Counted from the stretch's first letter, positions 1 to 18,902 are shown. The stretch is 64,000 nt of DNA from Eledone cirrhosa (GCA_964016885.1 OZ024742.1:182218001-182282000); one strand, 5' to 3'. Program-made: numbers and translations. Notes: a model not told the origin generated them from the sequence alone.

Positions 1-3000
1 TACGTAACTACAGAAAAAAACAACCAAACAACTATACTACAGAACTCTATAACTATAGAACAACACAAGCACACAACTACACTACAGAACTATATAACTA
101 TAGAACAACACAACCACACAACTATACCACAGAATAACATAACTACAGAAGAACACAACCAAACAACTATGTACACAGCCCTACACAACCACACAACTAT
201 ACTACAGAACTACATAACTACATGGCAACAAAAACAAACAACCATACTACAGAACAACACAATCAGAAAAGTATACTAAAGAACTATATAACTACAGAAC
301 AACACAACCACACAACTATACTACAGAACTTCATAACTACAGAACAACACAACCACACAACTATACTACAGAACTACATAACTACATAACAACACAGCCA
401 TACAACTATAATACATAACTACAGCCCAATACAACCACACAACTGTACTACAGAACTATATAACTACAGATCAACACAACCACACAACTATACTACAGAA
501 CTATATAACTACAGAACAACACAACCACACAAGTATACTGCAAATATATATAACTACAAAACAACACAACCACACAACTATACTACATAACTATATAACT
601 ACAGAACAACACAACCACACAACTATACTACAGAATTATATAACTACAGAACAATAAAACCACACAACTATACTGTAGAACTATATAACTACAACCCAAC
701 ACAACCAAACAACTATATACACAGCCCAAAACAACCACACAACTATTCTACAGAACTACATAACTACAGAACAACACAACCTAACAACTATACTACTGAA
801 CTACATAAGAACAGAACAACATAACAACACAAATATACTACAGAACTACATAACTACAGAACAAAACACCCACAACTATACTACAGAACTACATAACTAC
901 AGAACAACACAACCACACACCTATACTACAGAACTACATAACTACAGAACAACACAACCACACAACTCTACTACAGAACTACAGCCCAACAGAACCACAC
1001 AAGTATACTACAGAACTACATAACTACAGAACAACACAACCACACAACTCTACTACAGAACTACAGAACAACACAACCACACAACTATGTCTACAGCCCA
1101 AAACAATACCACAATTATACTACAGTAATACAGATCTACAGAACTACGGAACAACACAACCACACAACTATACTACAGAACTACATAACTAAAGAACAAA
1201 ACAACCACACAACTATACTACAGAACTATATATCTACAGAACAACACAACCACACAACTCTACTACAGAACTCCATAACTACAGCCCAACACAACCACAC
1301 AACAATACTACAGAACTATGTTACTACAGTACAACACAACCACAAAAGTATACTAAAGAAATATATAAATACAGAACAACACAACCGCACAACTATACTA
1401 CAAAAATACATAACTAAAGAACAACACAATCACACAACTATACTACAGAACTATATAACTACAGAACAACACAACTACACAATTATACTACAGAACTATA
1501 TAACTACTGAACAACACAACCACGCAACTATACTAAAGAACTATATAACTACAGAACAACACAACCACACAACTATAATACAGAACTACAGCCCAACACA
1601 ACCACACAACTATACTACAGAACTACATAACTACAGAACAACAAAACCAAACAACCATACTACAAAACAACACAATCACAAAAGTATACTAAGGAACTAT
1701 ATAACTACAGAATAACACAAACACACAACTATACTACAGAACTATATAACTGCAGAACAACACAACCACACAACAATACTACAGAACTATATAACTACAG
1801 AACAACCCAACCCCACAACTATACTACAGAACTATATAACTACAGAACAACACAACCACACAACTATACTAAAGAACAATATAACTACAGAACAACACAA
1901 CGACACAACTATACTACATAACTCTATAACTACAGGACAACACAACGACACAACTATAATACAGAACTACAGAACTACCTAACTACAGAACAACACAACA
2001 ACACAACTATACTACAGAACTACATAACTACAGCCCAACAAAACCACACAACCATACTACAGAACTACAGAACTTCATAACTACAGAACAACACAACCAC
2101 ACAAACATACTACATAACTATATAACTACAAAACAATACAACCACACAACTCTACTACAGAAGTACAGCCCAACACAATTAAACAACTATGTCTACATCC
2201 CAACACAATACCTCAGTTATACTACTGTAATACAGAACTACATAATACAAAACAACACAACAACAAAACTATACTACAGAACTACATAACTAATGAACAA
2301 CACAACCACGCAACTATACTACAGAACTACATAGCTACAGAACAACACAACCAAAAAACTATACTACAGAACTGCATAAATAGAGAACACCACAACCACA
2401 AACCATACTACAGATCAACACAGCCAGACAACCATACTACAGAACAACGCCATCACAAAAGTATACTAAAGAACTATATAACTACAGAACAACACAACCA
2501 CACAACTATACTACAGAACTACATAACTACAGTACATTACAACCACACAACTATACTACAGAACTACATAACTAGAGAACATCACAACCACACAACCATA
2601 CTACAGAACAACACAGCCAGACAACTATACGACATAACTACATAATTAAAGAACAACACAACTACACAACTATACTACAGAACTATATAACTACAGAACA
2701 ACACAACCACACAATTATACTACAGAACTATATAAGTACAGAACAACACAACCACACAATTATACTACAGAACTATATAACTACAGAATAACGGAACCGC
2801 AAAACTATACTACAGAACTACATAACTAAAGAACAACACAACTACAGAACAACAGCCCAACACAACCACACAACTATACTACAGATATATATAACTACAG
2901 AACAACACAACCAAACAACTATATCTAGAGTCAAACACAACCACAGAACAATACTACAGAACTACATAACTAAATAACAACACAACCACACAACTATACT

Positions 3001-6000
3001 ACAGAACTACATAACTAAAGAACAACACAACTACACAACTACACTACAGAAATACAGAACAAAACAACCACACAACTATACTAAAGAACTACATAACTAC
3101 AGAACAAAACAACCCCACAACTATACTACAGAACTATATAACTACAGAACAACACAACCACACAACTATACTACAGAACTACAACCCTACACAACAACAC
3201 AAATATTCTTCATAACTATATAACTACAGAACATCACAACCACACAACTATAGTACAGAACAACACAATCAAACAACTATATCTACAGCCCAACAAAATA
3301 ACACAATTATACTACAGAAAAACATAACTACATAACTACAGAACAACACAACCCACACCTATACTACAGAACTACAGAACTTCAGAACTACACAACCGCA
3401 CAACTATACTACATAACTATATAACTACAGAACAACACAACCACACAAATATACTACAGAACTTTATAACTACAGAACAATACAACCACACAACTATAGT
3501 ACAGGAATATATAACTACAGAACAACACAACCACACAACTATACTACAGAACTATATAACTACATAAATACAGTCGGACAAAACCACACAACTATACTAC
3601 ACAATTACAGAGCTACACAACCACAAAATTATACTACCGAAGTACATAATTAAAGAACAACACACCCACACAACTATACTACAGATCTATATAACTACAG
3701 AACAATACAATCACACACCTTTACAACCGAACTATTTAACACCAGGACAACAGAACCACACAACTATACTTCAGAATTATATAACTACAGAACAACAAAA
3801 CCTCTCAATGATACTACAGAACTACAGCCCAACACAACCACACAACTACACTACAGAACTATATTACTCCAGAACAACACAACCACACAACTATACTACA
3901 GAACTATACAACTACACAACCACACAACTATACTACAGAACTATATAACTACAGAACAACACAACCACACAACTATACTACAGAACTCAATAACTAGAGC
4001 CCAACACAAACACACAACTATACTACATAACTACAGGACAACGTGACTACAGAAGAACACAACCACACAACTATACTACAAAACTATGTAACTACAGCCC
4101 GACAAAACCACACAACTAAACTACAGAACTACAGAACTACATAAGTACAGCCCAACAAAACCACACAACTAAACTACAGAACTACAAAACTGCATAGCTA
4201 CAGACCAACACAACCACACAACTATACTAAAAAACTACATAACTACAGAACAACACAACCACACAACTATACTACAGAGCTATATAACTACCGAACAGCA
4301 CAGCCACGCAACTATACTACAGAACTAAATAACTAGAGAACAACACAACCACCCAACTATACTACAGAGCTATATAAGTACCGAACAACACAGTCACGCA
4401 ACTATACTACAGAACTAAATAACTAGAGAACAACACAACCACCCAACTATACTACAGAACTATATAACTACCGAACAGCACAGCCACACAACTATACTAC
4501 AGAACTATATAACTACAGAACAACACAAACACCCAACTATACTACAGAACAACACAACCACACAACTATACTACGGAACTACATAACTACTGCCCAACAC
4601 AACCACTCAACTATACTACAGAACTACATAACTACAGCCCAACACGACCACACAACTATACTACAAAACTATAGAACAACAGAACCACACAACTATATTA
4701 CAGAACTATATACCTACAGAAAAACATAACCACACAACTATACTACAGAACTATGAAACTACAGAACAAAACAACCACACAACTATACTACAGAAATATA
4801 TAACTACAGCCCAACACAACCACACAACTATACTACAGAACTACATAACTACATCCCAAACCGACACAACTATGCTCCAGAAGTACATAACTACAGAATC
4901 ACACAACTACACATCAATTCTGTCTATACATCAACATAACTACAGAACAACACGAACACACAATTATACTACATAACCACAGAACAACGCAACCAAACAA
5001 CTGTACTATAGAACAATAAAACTGCCGAACAACACAACCAATCAACTAAACTAAAGAACTACATAACTACAGCCCAACACAACCACACATCTATACTACA
5101 GAACAACATAACTACAAAATCAAACAACTACACATCAATAATGCCTATACACCAACATAACTACAGAACAACACACCCACACAACTATACTACAGAACTA
5201 CATCTCTACAGCCCAACACAACTGCACAACTATACTACAGAACTACATAACTACAGAACAACAGAACCACTCAACTGTACTACATAACTACAGGACAACG
5301 TAACTATAGAAAAACACAACCACACAACTATACTACAGAATTACATAACTATAGAACAACACAACCACACAACTATACTACAGAACTACATAACTACAGA
5401 ACAACACAACCATACTACAGAACTACATAACTACAGAACAACACAACCACACAACTATACTACAGAGCTATATAACTACCGAACAACACAACCACGGAAC
5501 TGTACTACAGAAATATATAACTACAGCCCAACAGAATCTCACAACTATACTACAGAACTACATAACTACAGAACAACACAATCACACAACTGTACTACAG
5601 AACTATAAAACTGCCGAAAAACACAACCAATCAACTAAACTACAGAACAACATAACTACACATCAATACTGCCTATACACCAACATAACTACAGAACAAC
5701 ACAACCTCACAACTATACTACAGAACTACATAACTACAGCCCAACACAACCACACAATTATACTACAGAACTACATAACTACAGCCCAACACAACCACAC
5801 AACTATACTACAGAACTACATAACTAAAGAACAACACAACCACACAACTATACTACAGAATTACAGAACTACAGCCCAACACAACCACGCAACTATACTA
5901 CAGAATTACAGAACTACAGTCCAACACGACCACACAACTATACTACAAAACTATACAACAACACAACCACACGACTATACTACAGAACTATATATCACAG

Positions 6001-9000
6001 AAAAAAACAGCCACACAACTATACTACATAACTACATAACTACAGAACAACACAACCACTCAACTATACTACATAACTACAACCCAACACAACCACACAA
6101 CTATACTACATAACTACAGGACTACGTAACTACAGAAGAACACAACCACACAACTATATAACAGTATTGCATAACTACAGAACAACAAGACCACACATCT
6201 ATACTACAGAACAGTGTAACTACAGCCCAACACAACCACACAACTAAACTACAAAACTACATAACTACAGAACAACACAACCACAAACTATCCTACATAA
6301 CTACGTAACTACAGAACTACACAACCACACAACTATACTACAGAGCTATATAACTACAGAACAACATAACCACACAACTATACTACAGAACTATATAACT
6401 ACAGAACAACACAACCACACAACTATAGGACAGAGCTATATAACACCAGAACAACAGAACCACACAACTACACTACAGAACTATATAACTACAGCCCAAC
6501 ACAACCAGACAACTATACTACAGACCTACAGAACTACAGCCCAACACAACCACACAACTATACTACAGAACTACATCCCAACACAACCATACAACTATAC
6601 TACATATCTACATAATTACAGAACAACACCACCGCACAACTATACTACAGAACTATAAAACTACCGAACAACACAGCCACACGACTAAACTACAGAACTA
6701 CATAACTACCGAACAACACAACCACACAACTATACTACAGAACTACATAACTACAGCACACAACAACCACACAACTATACTACAGAACTACATAACTACA
6801 GCACACAACAACCACACAACTATACTACAGGACTATATAACTACCGAACAACACAACCAGACAACTATACTACAGAACTATAAAAGTACCGTACAACACA
6901 GCCAAACGACTATACTACAGAATTACAGAACAACACAACCACACAACTATACTACATAACTACATAACTACAGAACAACACAACCGCACAACTATACTAC
7001 AGAATTATAAAACTACCGAACAACACAACCACACAACTAAACTACAGAACTACATAACTACAAACCAACACAACGACACAACTATACTACAGAAATATAT
7101 ATAACTCCTGAACAACACGACCACACAACTATAATAAAGAATTATATAACTACTGTTCAACACAACCACACAACTATACGACGGAACTACATAACTCCAG
7201 TACAACACAACCGCAGAACTATACTACAGAACTACATAACTACAGAACAACACAGCCACACAATTATAATACAAAACAACATAACTACAGCCCAACACAA
7301 ACACACAACTATACTACAGAACTACATAACTAAAGAACAACACAACCACACACATATACTACAAAACTATATAACTACAGAACAACACAGCCAGAATACT
7401 ATACTCCATAACTCTATAACTACAGACCAACACAACCACACAACTATACTACAGAACTACATAACTACAGAACAACAGAACCACACAACTATACTACAGC
7501 CCAACACAATTACACAAATATACTACAGAATTTTATAACTACAGAACTAACACAACTATACTACAGAACTATATAACTACAGAACAACAAATCCACACAA
7601 CTATACTACAGAACTATATAACTACAGAAAAACACAACCACACAACTATACTACAGAACTATATAACTACAGACATACACAACCACACAACTAAACTACA
7701 GCCCAACACAGCCACACAACTATACTACAGAACTATATAACTACAGAACAAGACAACCACACAGCTATATTACAGAACTATATAACTTGAGAATAATACA
7801 GCAACACAATTATACTACAAAACTACATACTAACAGCCCAACACAACCACACAAGGATACTACAGAACTACTTAACTACAGTCCGACACAACCACACAAC
7901 TATACTACAGAACTACATAACTACAGCCCGACACAACCACACAACTAAACTACAGTACTACTTAACTACAGCCCGATACAACCAGACAACTATACTACAG
8001 AAATACTTAACTACAGCCCGACACAACCACACAACTATACTACAGAACTACTTAACTACAGCCCGACACAACCACACAACTATACTACAGAACTACTTAA
8101 CTACAGACCGACACAACCACACAACTATACTACAGAACTACTTATCTACAGCCCAACACAACCAAACAAGTATAATACAGAACTACATAACTACAGCCGA
8201 ACACATCCACACAACTATACTACAGAACAACACAGCCAGACTACATTACTCCATAACTACATAACTACAGAACAACACATGCAAACAATTATACTACATA
8301 ACTACATAACCACAACGCAACACAACTGCAAATCTATACTACATAACTACAGACCAACACAACCACACAAATATGAAACAAAACTACATAACTACAGAAC
8401 TACACAAACACACAACTACACTACAGAACTATAAAACTACCGAACAACACAACCACACAACTATACTACAGAGCTACATAACTACAGAACAACACAACCA
8501 CACAACTTTACTAAGGAACTTTGTTACAGCCCAACTCATCCACACAACTATACTACAGAACTACATAACTACAGAATCACACAACTATACTATATAACTA
8601 TGTAACTACAGCCCAACACAACCACAAAACTAAACTACAGAACTACATAACTACAGAACAACACAACCACACAAATATACTACAAAACTAGATAATTACA
8701 GAACAATACCACCACGCAACTATAATACATAACTATATAACTACAGAACAATACGACCAAACAACTATACTACAGAACTATATGACAACAGAACAACACA
8801 ACCACACAACTATACTACACAACCACACAACGATACTACAGAACGACATAACTACAGCCCGACACAATCACACAACTATACTACAGAACTATATAACTAC
8901 AGAACAACACAGCCACACAACTATACTACAGAAATACATAACTACAGAACAACACAACGACACAACTATGCTACAGAACTACGGAACTACATAACTACAG

Positions 9001-12000
9001 AACAACAGAACCACACAACTATACTACAGAACTAAATAACTACAAAACAACACAACCACACAACTATACTGCAGAGCTACAGAACAACACAACCACACAA
9101 CTATACTGTAGAGCTACAGAACATCACAAACACACAACTATACTACAGAACTAAATAACTACAGAACTACACAACCACACAACAATACTACGGAATTACA
9201 TAAATACAGAACAACACAACCACACAACTATACTACAGAACTATATAACTACAACCCAAAACAACCACATCACTATATTACAGAACTACATGACTACAGA
9301 ACCATACAAACACACACCTATACTACATAACTATATAACTTCAGAACAACAAAACCACACAACTAAATTACAGAACTACATAACTACAGAACAATAAAAC
9401 CACACAACTATAGTACATAACTATATAACTACATAAAAACAAAACCACACAACTATACTACAGAACTTTATAACTACAGAACAACAGAACCACACAACTA
9501 TACTACAGAACTACATACTAACAGCCCAACACAACCACACAACGATACTACAGAACTACTTAACTACAGACCGACACAACCACACAACTATGCTACACAA
9601 CTATATAACTTGAGATCAAGAAAACCAAACAACTATCCTACAAAACTGCATACTAACAGCCCAACACAACCACACAACGATACTATATGACTACATAACT
9701 ACATCCCAACACAACCACACAATTATACTACAGAACTATATTACTACAGAACAACACAACCACACATCTATAATACAGAACTACATAACTACAGAACAAC
9801 ACAGCCACACAACTATATTACAGAACTACAGAACTACAGCCCAACACAACCATACAACTATACTACAGAGCTATATAACTACAGAACAACACAACCATAC
9901 TACAGAACTACATGACTACAGAACCATACAACCACTCAACTATAATACAGAACTATATAACTACAGAACAACAAAACCACACAACTATATTACATAACTA
10001 TATAACTACAGAAAAACACAACCACACAACTATACTACAGAACTATATAACTACAGAACAAGACAACCACCCAACTATTCAACAGAAATACATAACTACA
10101 GAACAACACAACCACACAACTATACTACAGAACTATATAACTACAGAACAACACAACCATACAACTATACTAGAGAACTATATAACTGCCGAACAATACA
10201 ACCACACAACTATGCTACAAAACTATAAAACTACAGGACAAGAGAACCACACAAATATACTACATAACTACATACTAACAGCCCAACACAACCACACGAC
10301 GATACTACAGAACTACTTAACTACATCCCGACATAACCACACAACGATACTACAGATCTACATAACTACATCCCAACACATCCACACAAATATACTACAG
10401 AACTATATAACTACAGAACAACAGAACCACACAACTATACTACAGAACTACATAACTACATCCCAACACAACCACACAACTATATTACAGAACTACATAA
10501 CTACAGAACAGCACAACCCAACAACTAAACTACAGCACTACATAATTACAGATCAACACAGCCACAGAATTATATAACTACAGAACTACACAACCACACA
10601 ACTATACTACTGAACTACAGAACAACACGACCACACAACTATACTACAGAACTACAGCCCAACACAACCACAAACCTATACTACAGAACTATATAATTAC
10701 AGAACAACACAACCACACAACTAAACTACAGAACTACATGACTACCGAACCTACACAACCACACAACTATACTACAGAATTACATAACTACAGCTCAACA
10801 CAACCACACAACTATACTACAGAACTACTTAACTACAGCGCGACACATCCACACAACGATACTACAGAACTACTTAACTACAGCGTGACACAACGACACA
10901 ACTATACTACAGAACTGTATAACTACAGACCAACACAACCATACAACTATACTACATACCTACAGAACTACATAACTACAGAACAACAGAACCACACAAC
11001 TATACTACAGAACTACACAACCACACAACTATACTACAAATCAACAGAACTACAGCCCAACACAACTACACAAATATACTACAGAACTATATAACTACAG
11101 AACAACAAAACCACACAACTATACTACAGAACTATATAACTAAAGAAAAACACAACCACACAACTATACTACAGTACTATATAACTACAGAACAACACAG
11201 CCACACAACTATACTACAGAAATACATAACTACAGAACAACACAACGACACAACTATACTTCAGAACTACGGAACTACATAACTACAGAACCACACAACT
11301 ATACTACAGAACTAAATAACTACAAAACAAAACAACCACACAACTATACTGCAGAGCTACAGAACAACACAACCACACAACTATACTGCAGAGCTACAGA
11401 ACATCACAAACACACAACTATACTACAGAACTAAATAACTACAGAACTACACAACCACACAACTATACTACGGAATTACATAAATACAGAACAACAGAAC
11501 CACACAATTATACTACAGAACTAAATTACTACAGAACAACACAACCACACATCTATAATACAGAACTACATAACTACAGAACAACACAGCCACACAACTA
11601 TATTACAGAACTACAGAACTACAGCCCAACACAACCATACAACTATACTACAGAGCTATATAACTACAGAACAACACAACCATACTACAGAACTACATGA
11701 CTACAGAACCATACAACGACTCAACTATAATACAGAACTATATAACTACAGAACAACAAAACCACACAACTATATTACATAACTATATAACTACAGAAAA
11801 ACACAACCACAAAACTATACTACAGAAATATATAACTACAGAACAAGACAACCACCCAACTATTCAACAGAAATACATAACTACAGAACAACACAACCAC
11901 ACAACTATACTACAGAACTATATAACTACAGAACAACACAACCATACAACTATACTACAGAACTATATAACTGCCGAACAATACAACCACACAACTATGC

Positions 12001-15000
12001 TACAAAACTATAAAACTACAGAACAAGAGAACCACACAACTATACTACATAACTACATACTAACAGCCCAACACAACCACACGACGATACTACAGATCTA
12101 CATAACTATATTCCCAACACATCCACACAAATATACTACAGAACTATATAACTACAGAACAACACAACCACACAACTACACTACAGAACTACATAACTAC
12201 AGAAAAACACAACCACACACTATACTGAAGAACTACAGAACTACAAAACTGCAGAACAGCAGAACCACACAACTATACTACAGAACTACATAACTACATC
12301 CCAACACAACCATATAACTATATTACAGAACTACATAACTACAGAACAGCACAACCCAACAACTAAACTACAGCACTACATAATTACAGATCAACACAGC
12401 CACAGAATTATATAACTACAGAACTACACAACCACACAACTATACTACTGAACTACAGAACAACACGACCACACAACTATACTACAGAACTACAGCCCAA
12501 CACAACCACAAACCTATACTACAGAACTATATAATTACAGAACAACACAACCACACAACTAAACTACAGAACTACATGACTACCGAACAACACAACCACA
12601 CAACTATACTACAGAATTACATAACTACAGCTCAACACAACCACACAACTATACTACAGAACTACTTAACTACAGCGCGACACAACCACACAACGATACT
12701 ACAGAACTACTTAACTACAGCGTGACACAACCACACAACTATACTACAGAACTGTATAACTACAGACCAACACAACCACACAACTATACTACATAACTAA
12801 TGAACTACATAACTAGAGAACAACAGAACCACACAACTATACTACAGAACTACACAACCACACAACTATACTACAGAGTTTTATAACTACAGAACTAACA
12901 CAACTATACTACAACACAACTATACTACAGAACTATATAACTACAAAAAAACACAACCACACAACTATACTACAGAACTATATAACTAAAGAAAAACACA
13001 ACCACACAACTATACTACAGTACTATATAACTACAGAAAAAGACAACCACACAGTTATATTACAGAACTATATAACTAGAGAATAATACAACAACACAAT
13101 TATACTACAAAACTACATACTAACAGCCCAACACAACCACACAAGGATACTACAGAACTACTTAACTAAAGCCCGACACAACCACACAACTATAATACAG
13201 AACTATATAACTACAGAACAACACAACCACACAACTATACTGCAGAACTACAGAACTACAGAACAACACAACCACACAACTATACTACAATATAGCTATA
13301 TAACTCCGAACCATAAAAACACACAACTATACTACAGAACTACATAATTGCAGAACAAAACAACCAAACAGCTATACTAGAGAACTATATAACTACAGAC
13401 CAACAGAACCACTGAACTACAGCCCGAGAGAACCACACAACTATACTACAGAACTATATAACTAAAGAACAACACGACCACACAACTATACTGCAGAACT
13501 ACAGAACTACAATACAATACATCAACACAACTATACTACAGATCTACAGAACTACATAATACAGAACAACACAACCAAACAACTAAACTACATAACTACA
13601 TAACTATATCCCAACACAACCACACAATTAAACTACAGAACAACATAATTACAGAACAACACAACCACACAACTATATTACAGAACTTTATAACTACAGC
13701 CCAACAGAGCCACATAACTATATAACTACAGAACAACACAAACACACAACTATATATAGAACTATATAACTATAGAACAACACATCCACACAACTATACA
13801 ACCGAACTATATAACTACAGAAAAACACAACCACCCGAATATACTACAGAACTATATAACTACAGCTCAACACAACCACACAACTATACTACAGAACTAC
13901 AGCCTGACACACCCACACAACTATACTACAGAACTATATAACTACAGAACAACACAACCACACAACTATACTACAAAATTACTGAACTACCGAACAACAC
14001 AACCAAACAACTATTATACAGATCTATATAACTACAGAACAACTCAAACACACAACTATACTACAGAACTATATAACTACAGAAAAACAAAACCACACAA
14101 CTGTACTACAGAACTATATAACTACAGAAAACCACAACCACACAACTATACTACACAACCACACACCTATGCTACATAACTACAGAACAACACAACCACA
14201 CAACTATATTACAGAACTTTATAACTACAGCCCAACACAGCCACACAACTATACTACGTAACTATATAACTACAGAACAACACAACCACACAACTATACT
14301 ACAGAACTATATAGCTCCAGAACAACACATACACAAAACTATACTACAGAACTATATAATTACAGAACAACACAACCACACAACTATACTACAGAACTAT
14401 ATAACTACAGAACAACACAACCACACAACTATATTAAAGAACTATATAAGTACAGAACAACACAACCACACAACTATACTACAGAACTATATAACTACAG
14501 AACAACACATACACAAAACTATACTACAGAACTATATAATTACAGAAAAACACAACCACACAAATATACTACAGAACTAAAGAAATACAGCATAACACAA
14601 CCACACAACTATACTACAGAACTATATAACTACAGAACAACACAACCACACAACTATACTACAGAACTATATAACTGCCGAACAATACAACCATACAACT
14701 ATAATACAGAACTATATAACTGCAGAAAAACACAACCACACAACTATACTACAGAACTAGAGTCAGACACACCCACACAACTATACTACAGAAATACATA
14801 ACTAAAGCTCAACAAAACCACACAACTATACTACAGAACTATATAACTACAGAACAACAAAACCACACAACTACACTACAGAACTAAAGAACTACAGAAA
14901 AACACAACCACACAAATATACTACAGAACTAAAGAAATACAGCATAACACAACCACACAACTATACTACAGAACTATATAACTACAGAACAACACAACCA

Positions 15001-18000
15001 CACAACTATACTACAGAACTATATAACTAGAGACGAACAGAACCACACAACTATACTACAAAACTACATACTAACAGCCCAGCAAAACCACACAACGATA
15101 CTACAAACTACTTAAATACAGACCGACACAACCACACAACTATAATACAGAACAACACAACCACAGAACTATACTACAGAACTACAGAACTACAGAACAA
15201 CACAACACACAATGATAATACAGAACTACATAACTACAGAACAACACAACCACACAACTATACTACGGTACTCCATAACTACAGCCCAACACAACCACAC
15301 ACCTATACTACAGAACTACATAACTACAGAACAACACAGCAAAACAACTATATTATAAAACTATATAACTGCCGAACAATACAACCACACAACTATACTA
15401 TAAAACTACATACTAACAGCTCAAGAGAACCACACAACGATACTATAATTCTACTTAACTACAGCCCGACACAACCACACAACTATACTACAGAACTATA
15501 TAACTGCAGAAAAACATAACCAGACAATTATACTGCACAACTACATAACTACAGAACAACACAACCACACAACTATACTGCAGAACTACATAACTACAGT
15601 ACAACACAACCACACAACTATACTAGATAACTACATAACTACAGAACAACACAACCACACAACTATACTGCAGAACTACGTAACTACAGTACAACACAAC
15701 CAACAACTAAACTACATAACTACATAACTGCAGAACAACACAAACACACAACTATACTACTGAACTACACAACCACACAACTATACTGCAGAACTATATA
15801 ACTACAGAACAACACATCAAAACAACTATACTACAGAACTACAGAACTACAGACTGACACACCCACACTACTATACTACAGAATTATATAACTACAGAAT
15901 AACACAACCTCACAACTATAGTACAGAATAATATAAATACAGAACAACACAACCACACAACTATACTACAGAACTATATAACTAAAGAACAACACAACCA
16001 CAGAACTATACTACAGTTCTACATAACTACAGAACAACACAACCACACAACTATACTGCAGAACTACAGAACAACACAACCACACAACTATACTACAGAA
16101 CAATATAACTACATAACAACACAACCACACAACTATACTACATAACTATATAACTACAGAACAATACAATCACACAACTATACTATAGAACTATATAACT
16201 ACAGAACAACACAACCACACAACTATACTACAGAACTACATATCTACAGAACAACACAATCAAACAATTCTACTACATAATTACATAACTACAGCTCAAC
16301 ACAAACATACAATTATACTACATAACTACAGCCCTACACAACCACACAACTATACTACAGAACTACATAACTACAGAACAACACAACACACAATTATACT
16401 ATATAACTACATAACTACAGAACAACACATCTACACAACTATACTACGGAACTACATAACTACAGCCCAACACAACCACACAACTAAACTACAGAACTAT
16501 ATAACTACAGTTCAACACAACCAAACAAGTATACTACAGAACTATATAACTGCCGAACAATACAACCACACAACTATACTACTTAACTATATAACTACAG
16601 AACAATAGAACCACACAACTATACAATAAAACTACATACTAACAGCCCAAGAGAACCACACAACGATATTACAGAACTATATAACTACAGAACAACACAT
16701 CCACACAACTATATTACAGAAGTATACAACTACAGAAAAACACAAACACCCAACTATACTGCAGAACTACATAACATACATCCCAACACTACCACACAAC
16801 TATACTACAGAACTATATAACTACAGAAAAACACAACCACACACTTAAACTACAGAACTACAGAACACAACCACACAACTATATTACATAACTTTATAAC
16901 TACAGCCCAACACAGCCACACAACTTTACTACATAACTATATAACTACAGAACAACACAACCACACAACTATACTACAGAACTATATAACTACAGAACAA
17001 CACAACCACCCAAATATACTACATAACTACATCTCAATACAACCACACAACTATACTACAGAACTACAGCCTGACACACCCACACAACTATACTACAGAA
17101 CTATATAACTACAGAATAACACAACCACACAACTATACTACAGAACTGTATAACTACAGAACAACAAAACCACACAATTATACTACAAAACTACTGAACT
17201 ACAGAACAACACAATCACACAACTATAATACAGAACTACAGCCTGACACACTCACACAACTATACTACAGAACTATATAACTACAGAACAACACAACCAC
17301 ACAACTATACTACAAAACTACTGATCTACAGAACAACACATCCAAACAACTATACTACAGAACTATATAACTGCCGAAAAATACAACCACACAACTATAC
17401 TAAAGAACTATATAACTACAGAACAACACAACCACACAACTATACTACAGTACTACATATCTACAGAACAACACAACCACACAACTATACTGCAGAACTA
17501 TATAACTACAGAACAACAGAACCACACAACTATACGACAAAACTACATGCTAACAGCCCAACACAACCACACAACGATACTACAGAACTACTTAACTACA
17601 GCCTGACAAAACCACACAACTATACTAGAGAACTATATAACTACAGAACAACACAACCACACAACTATACTACACAACTACATTACAGAACAACACAACC
17701 ACACAACTATACTGCAGAACTACAGAACTACAGAACAACACAACCACACAACTATACTACAGAACTACAGAACAACACAAACACACAACTATATTACAGT
17801 ACTACATAACTACAGAACAACACAACCACACAACTATACTGCAGAACTACAGAACTACAGAACAACACAATCACACAACTATACTACAGAACTATATAAC
17901 TGCGGAACAATACAACCACACAACTATACTACAGAACTATATAACTACAGAACACAATCACACAACTATACTATAGAACTATATAACTACAGAACAACAC

Positions 18001-18578
18001 AACAAAACAACTATACTACAGAACTACATGACTACAGAACAACACAACAAAACAACTATACTACAGAACTACACAAAGACACACCTATGCTACAAAACTA
18101 CAGAACAACACGACACAAAATTATACTACATAACTACATAACTACAGAACAACACAACCACACAACTATACTACGGAACTACATAACTACAGCCCAACAC
18201 AACCACACAACTATACTACAGAACTTCACAACTACAGCTCAACAACTATACTACAAAACTATATAACTGCCGAACAATACAACCACACAACTATACTACA
18301 GAAATATATAACTACAGAAGAATAGAACCACACAACTATACGACAAAACTACATACTAACAGCCCAACACAACCACACAACGATACTACAGAACTATTTA
18401 ACTTCAGAACAACACAACCACACATCTATACTACAGAACTATACAACTACAGAACAACACAACAAAACAACTATACTACAGAACTACATAACTACAGCTC
18501 AACACAGCCACACAACTATACTACATACCTATATAACTACAGAACAACAGATCCACACAACTATACTACAGAACTACA
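1..18578 (+). repeat. 45-bp satellite DNA array, block 1
   Basis: Continuous head-to-tail copies of ACAACTATACTACAGAACTAYATAACTACAGAACAACACAACCAC, with a GCCC variant in place of GAAC. Many point variants and many 37/29-bp monomers lacking 8-bp subunits. The array runs off the left edge of the window. Confidence 0.97.
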
Positions 18579-18902
18579 AAACCCAGACTCATCAGGCTGT
18601 CTTTTTCGGACCCCACAGAGGCAACCTCATATCATCTGGCCTCTGCTAAAGCTGGGCGTGAAAATCGGATTACCTTCCGAACACGCCCAGGCCTACCACC
18701 CCATGTACGTCCAAAGCTACGTGCTGCAGCTTCCTTGAATCGGAACACAGCACAAGATGAAAGTTTTAGTCTGCGTGATGATGGGCAGATCTGGAGGTTT
18801 GTCAAGGCTGGTGAAACGTGGAAGAGAGATACCAGCTGGTCTGAGTGTGATCTACCCACAATAACTGGCAATGTAAAAACTGCTACAACTCTGGGAAACT
18901 AA
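18579..18902 (+). pseudogene. C-terminal remnant of LINE ORF1 (RNA-binding protein)
   Basis: A stop-free frame of 107 codons with no start codon, so it is absent from the ORF track: KPRLIRLSFSDPTEA...RITFRTRPGLPPHVRPKLR...TTLGN*. KPRLIRLSF and RPGLPP resemble the RPRxIxVxF and IxxDLP/T motifs of LINE ORF1 RRM/C-terminal domains. Confidence 0.75.
18893..18899 (+). promoter_or_regulatory. Candidate -1 ribosomal frameshift slippery heptamer G_GGA_AAC at the ORF1/ORF2 junction
   Basis: ORF1 ends CTG GGA AAC TAA, which is X XXY YYZ in the correct phase. The -1 frame continues LNQNNLPPSTHHHKLRAGYKLLSLNARSLCN into APE motif I with no ATG after the upstream in-frame TGA (18848-18850). Confidence 0.6.
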
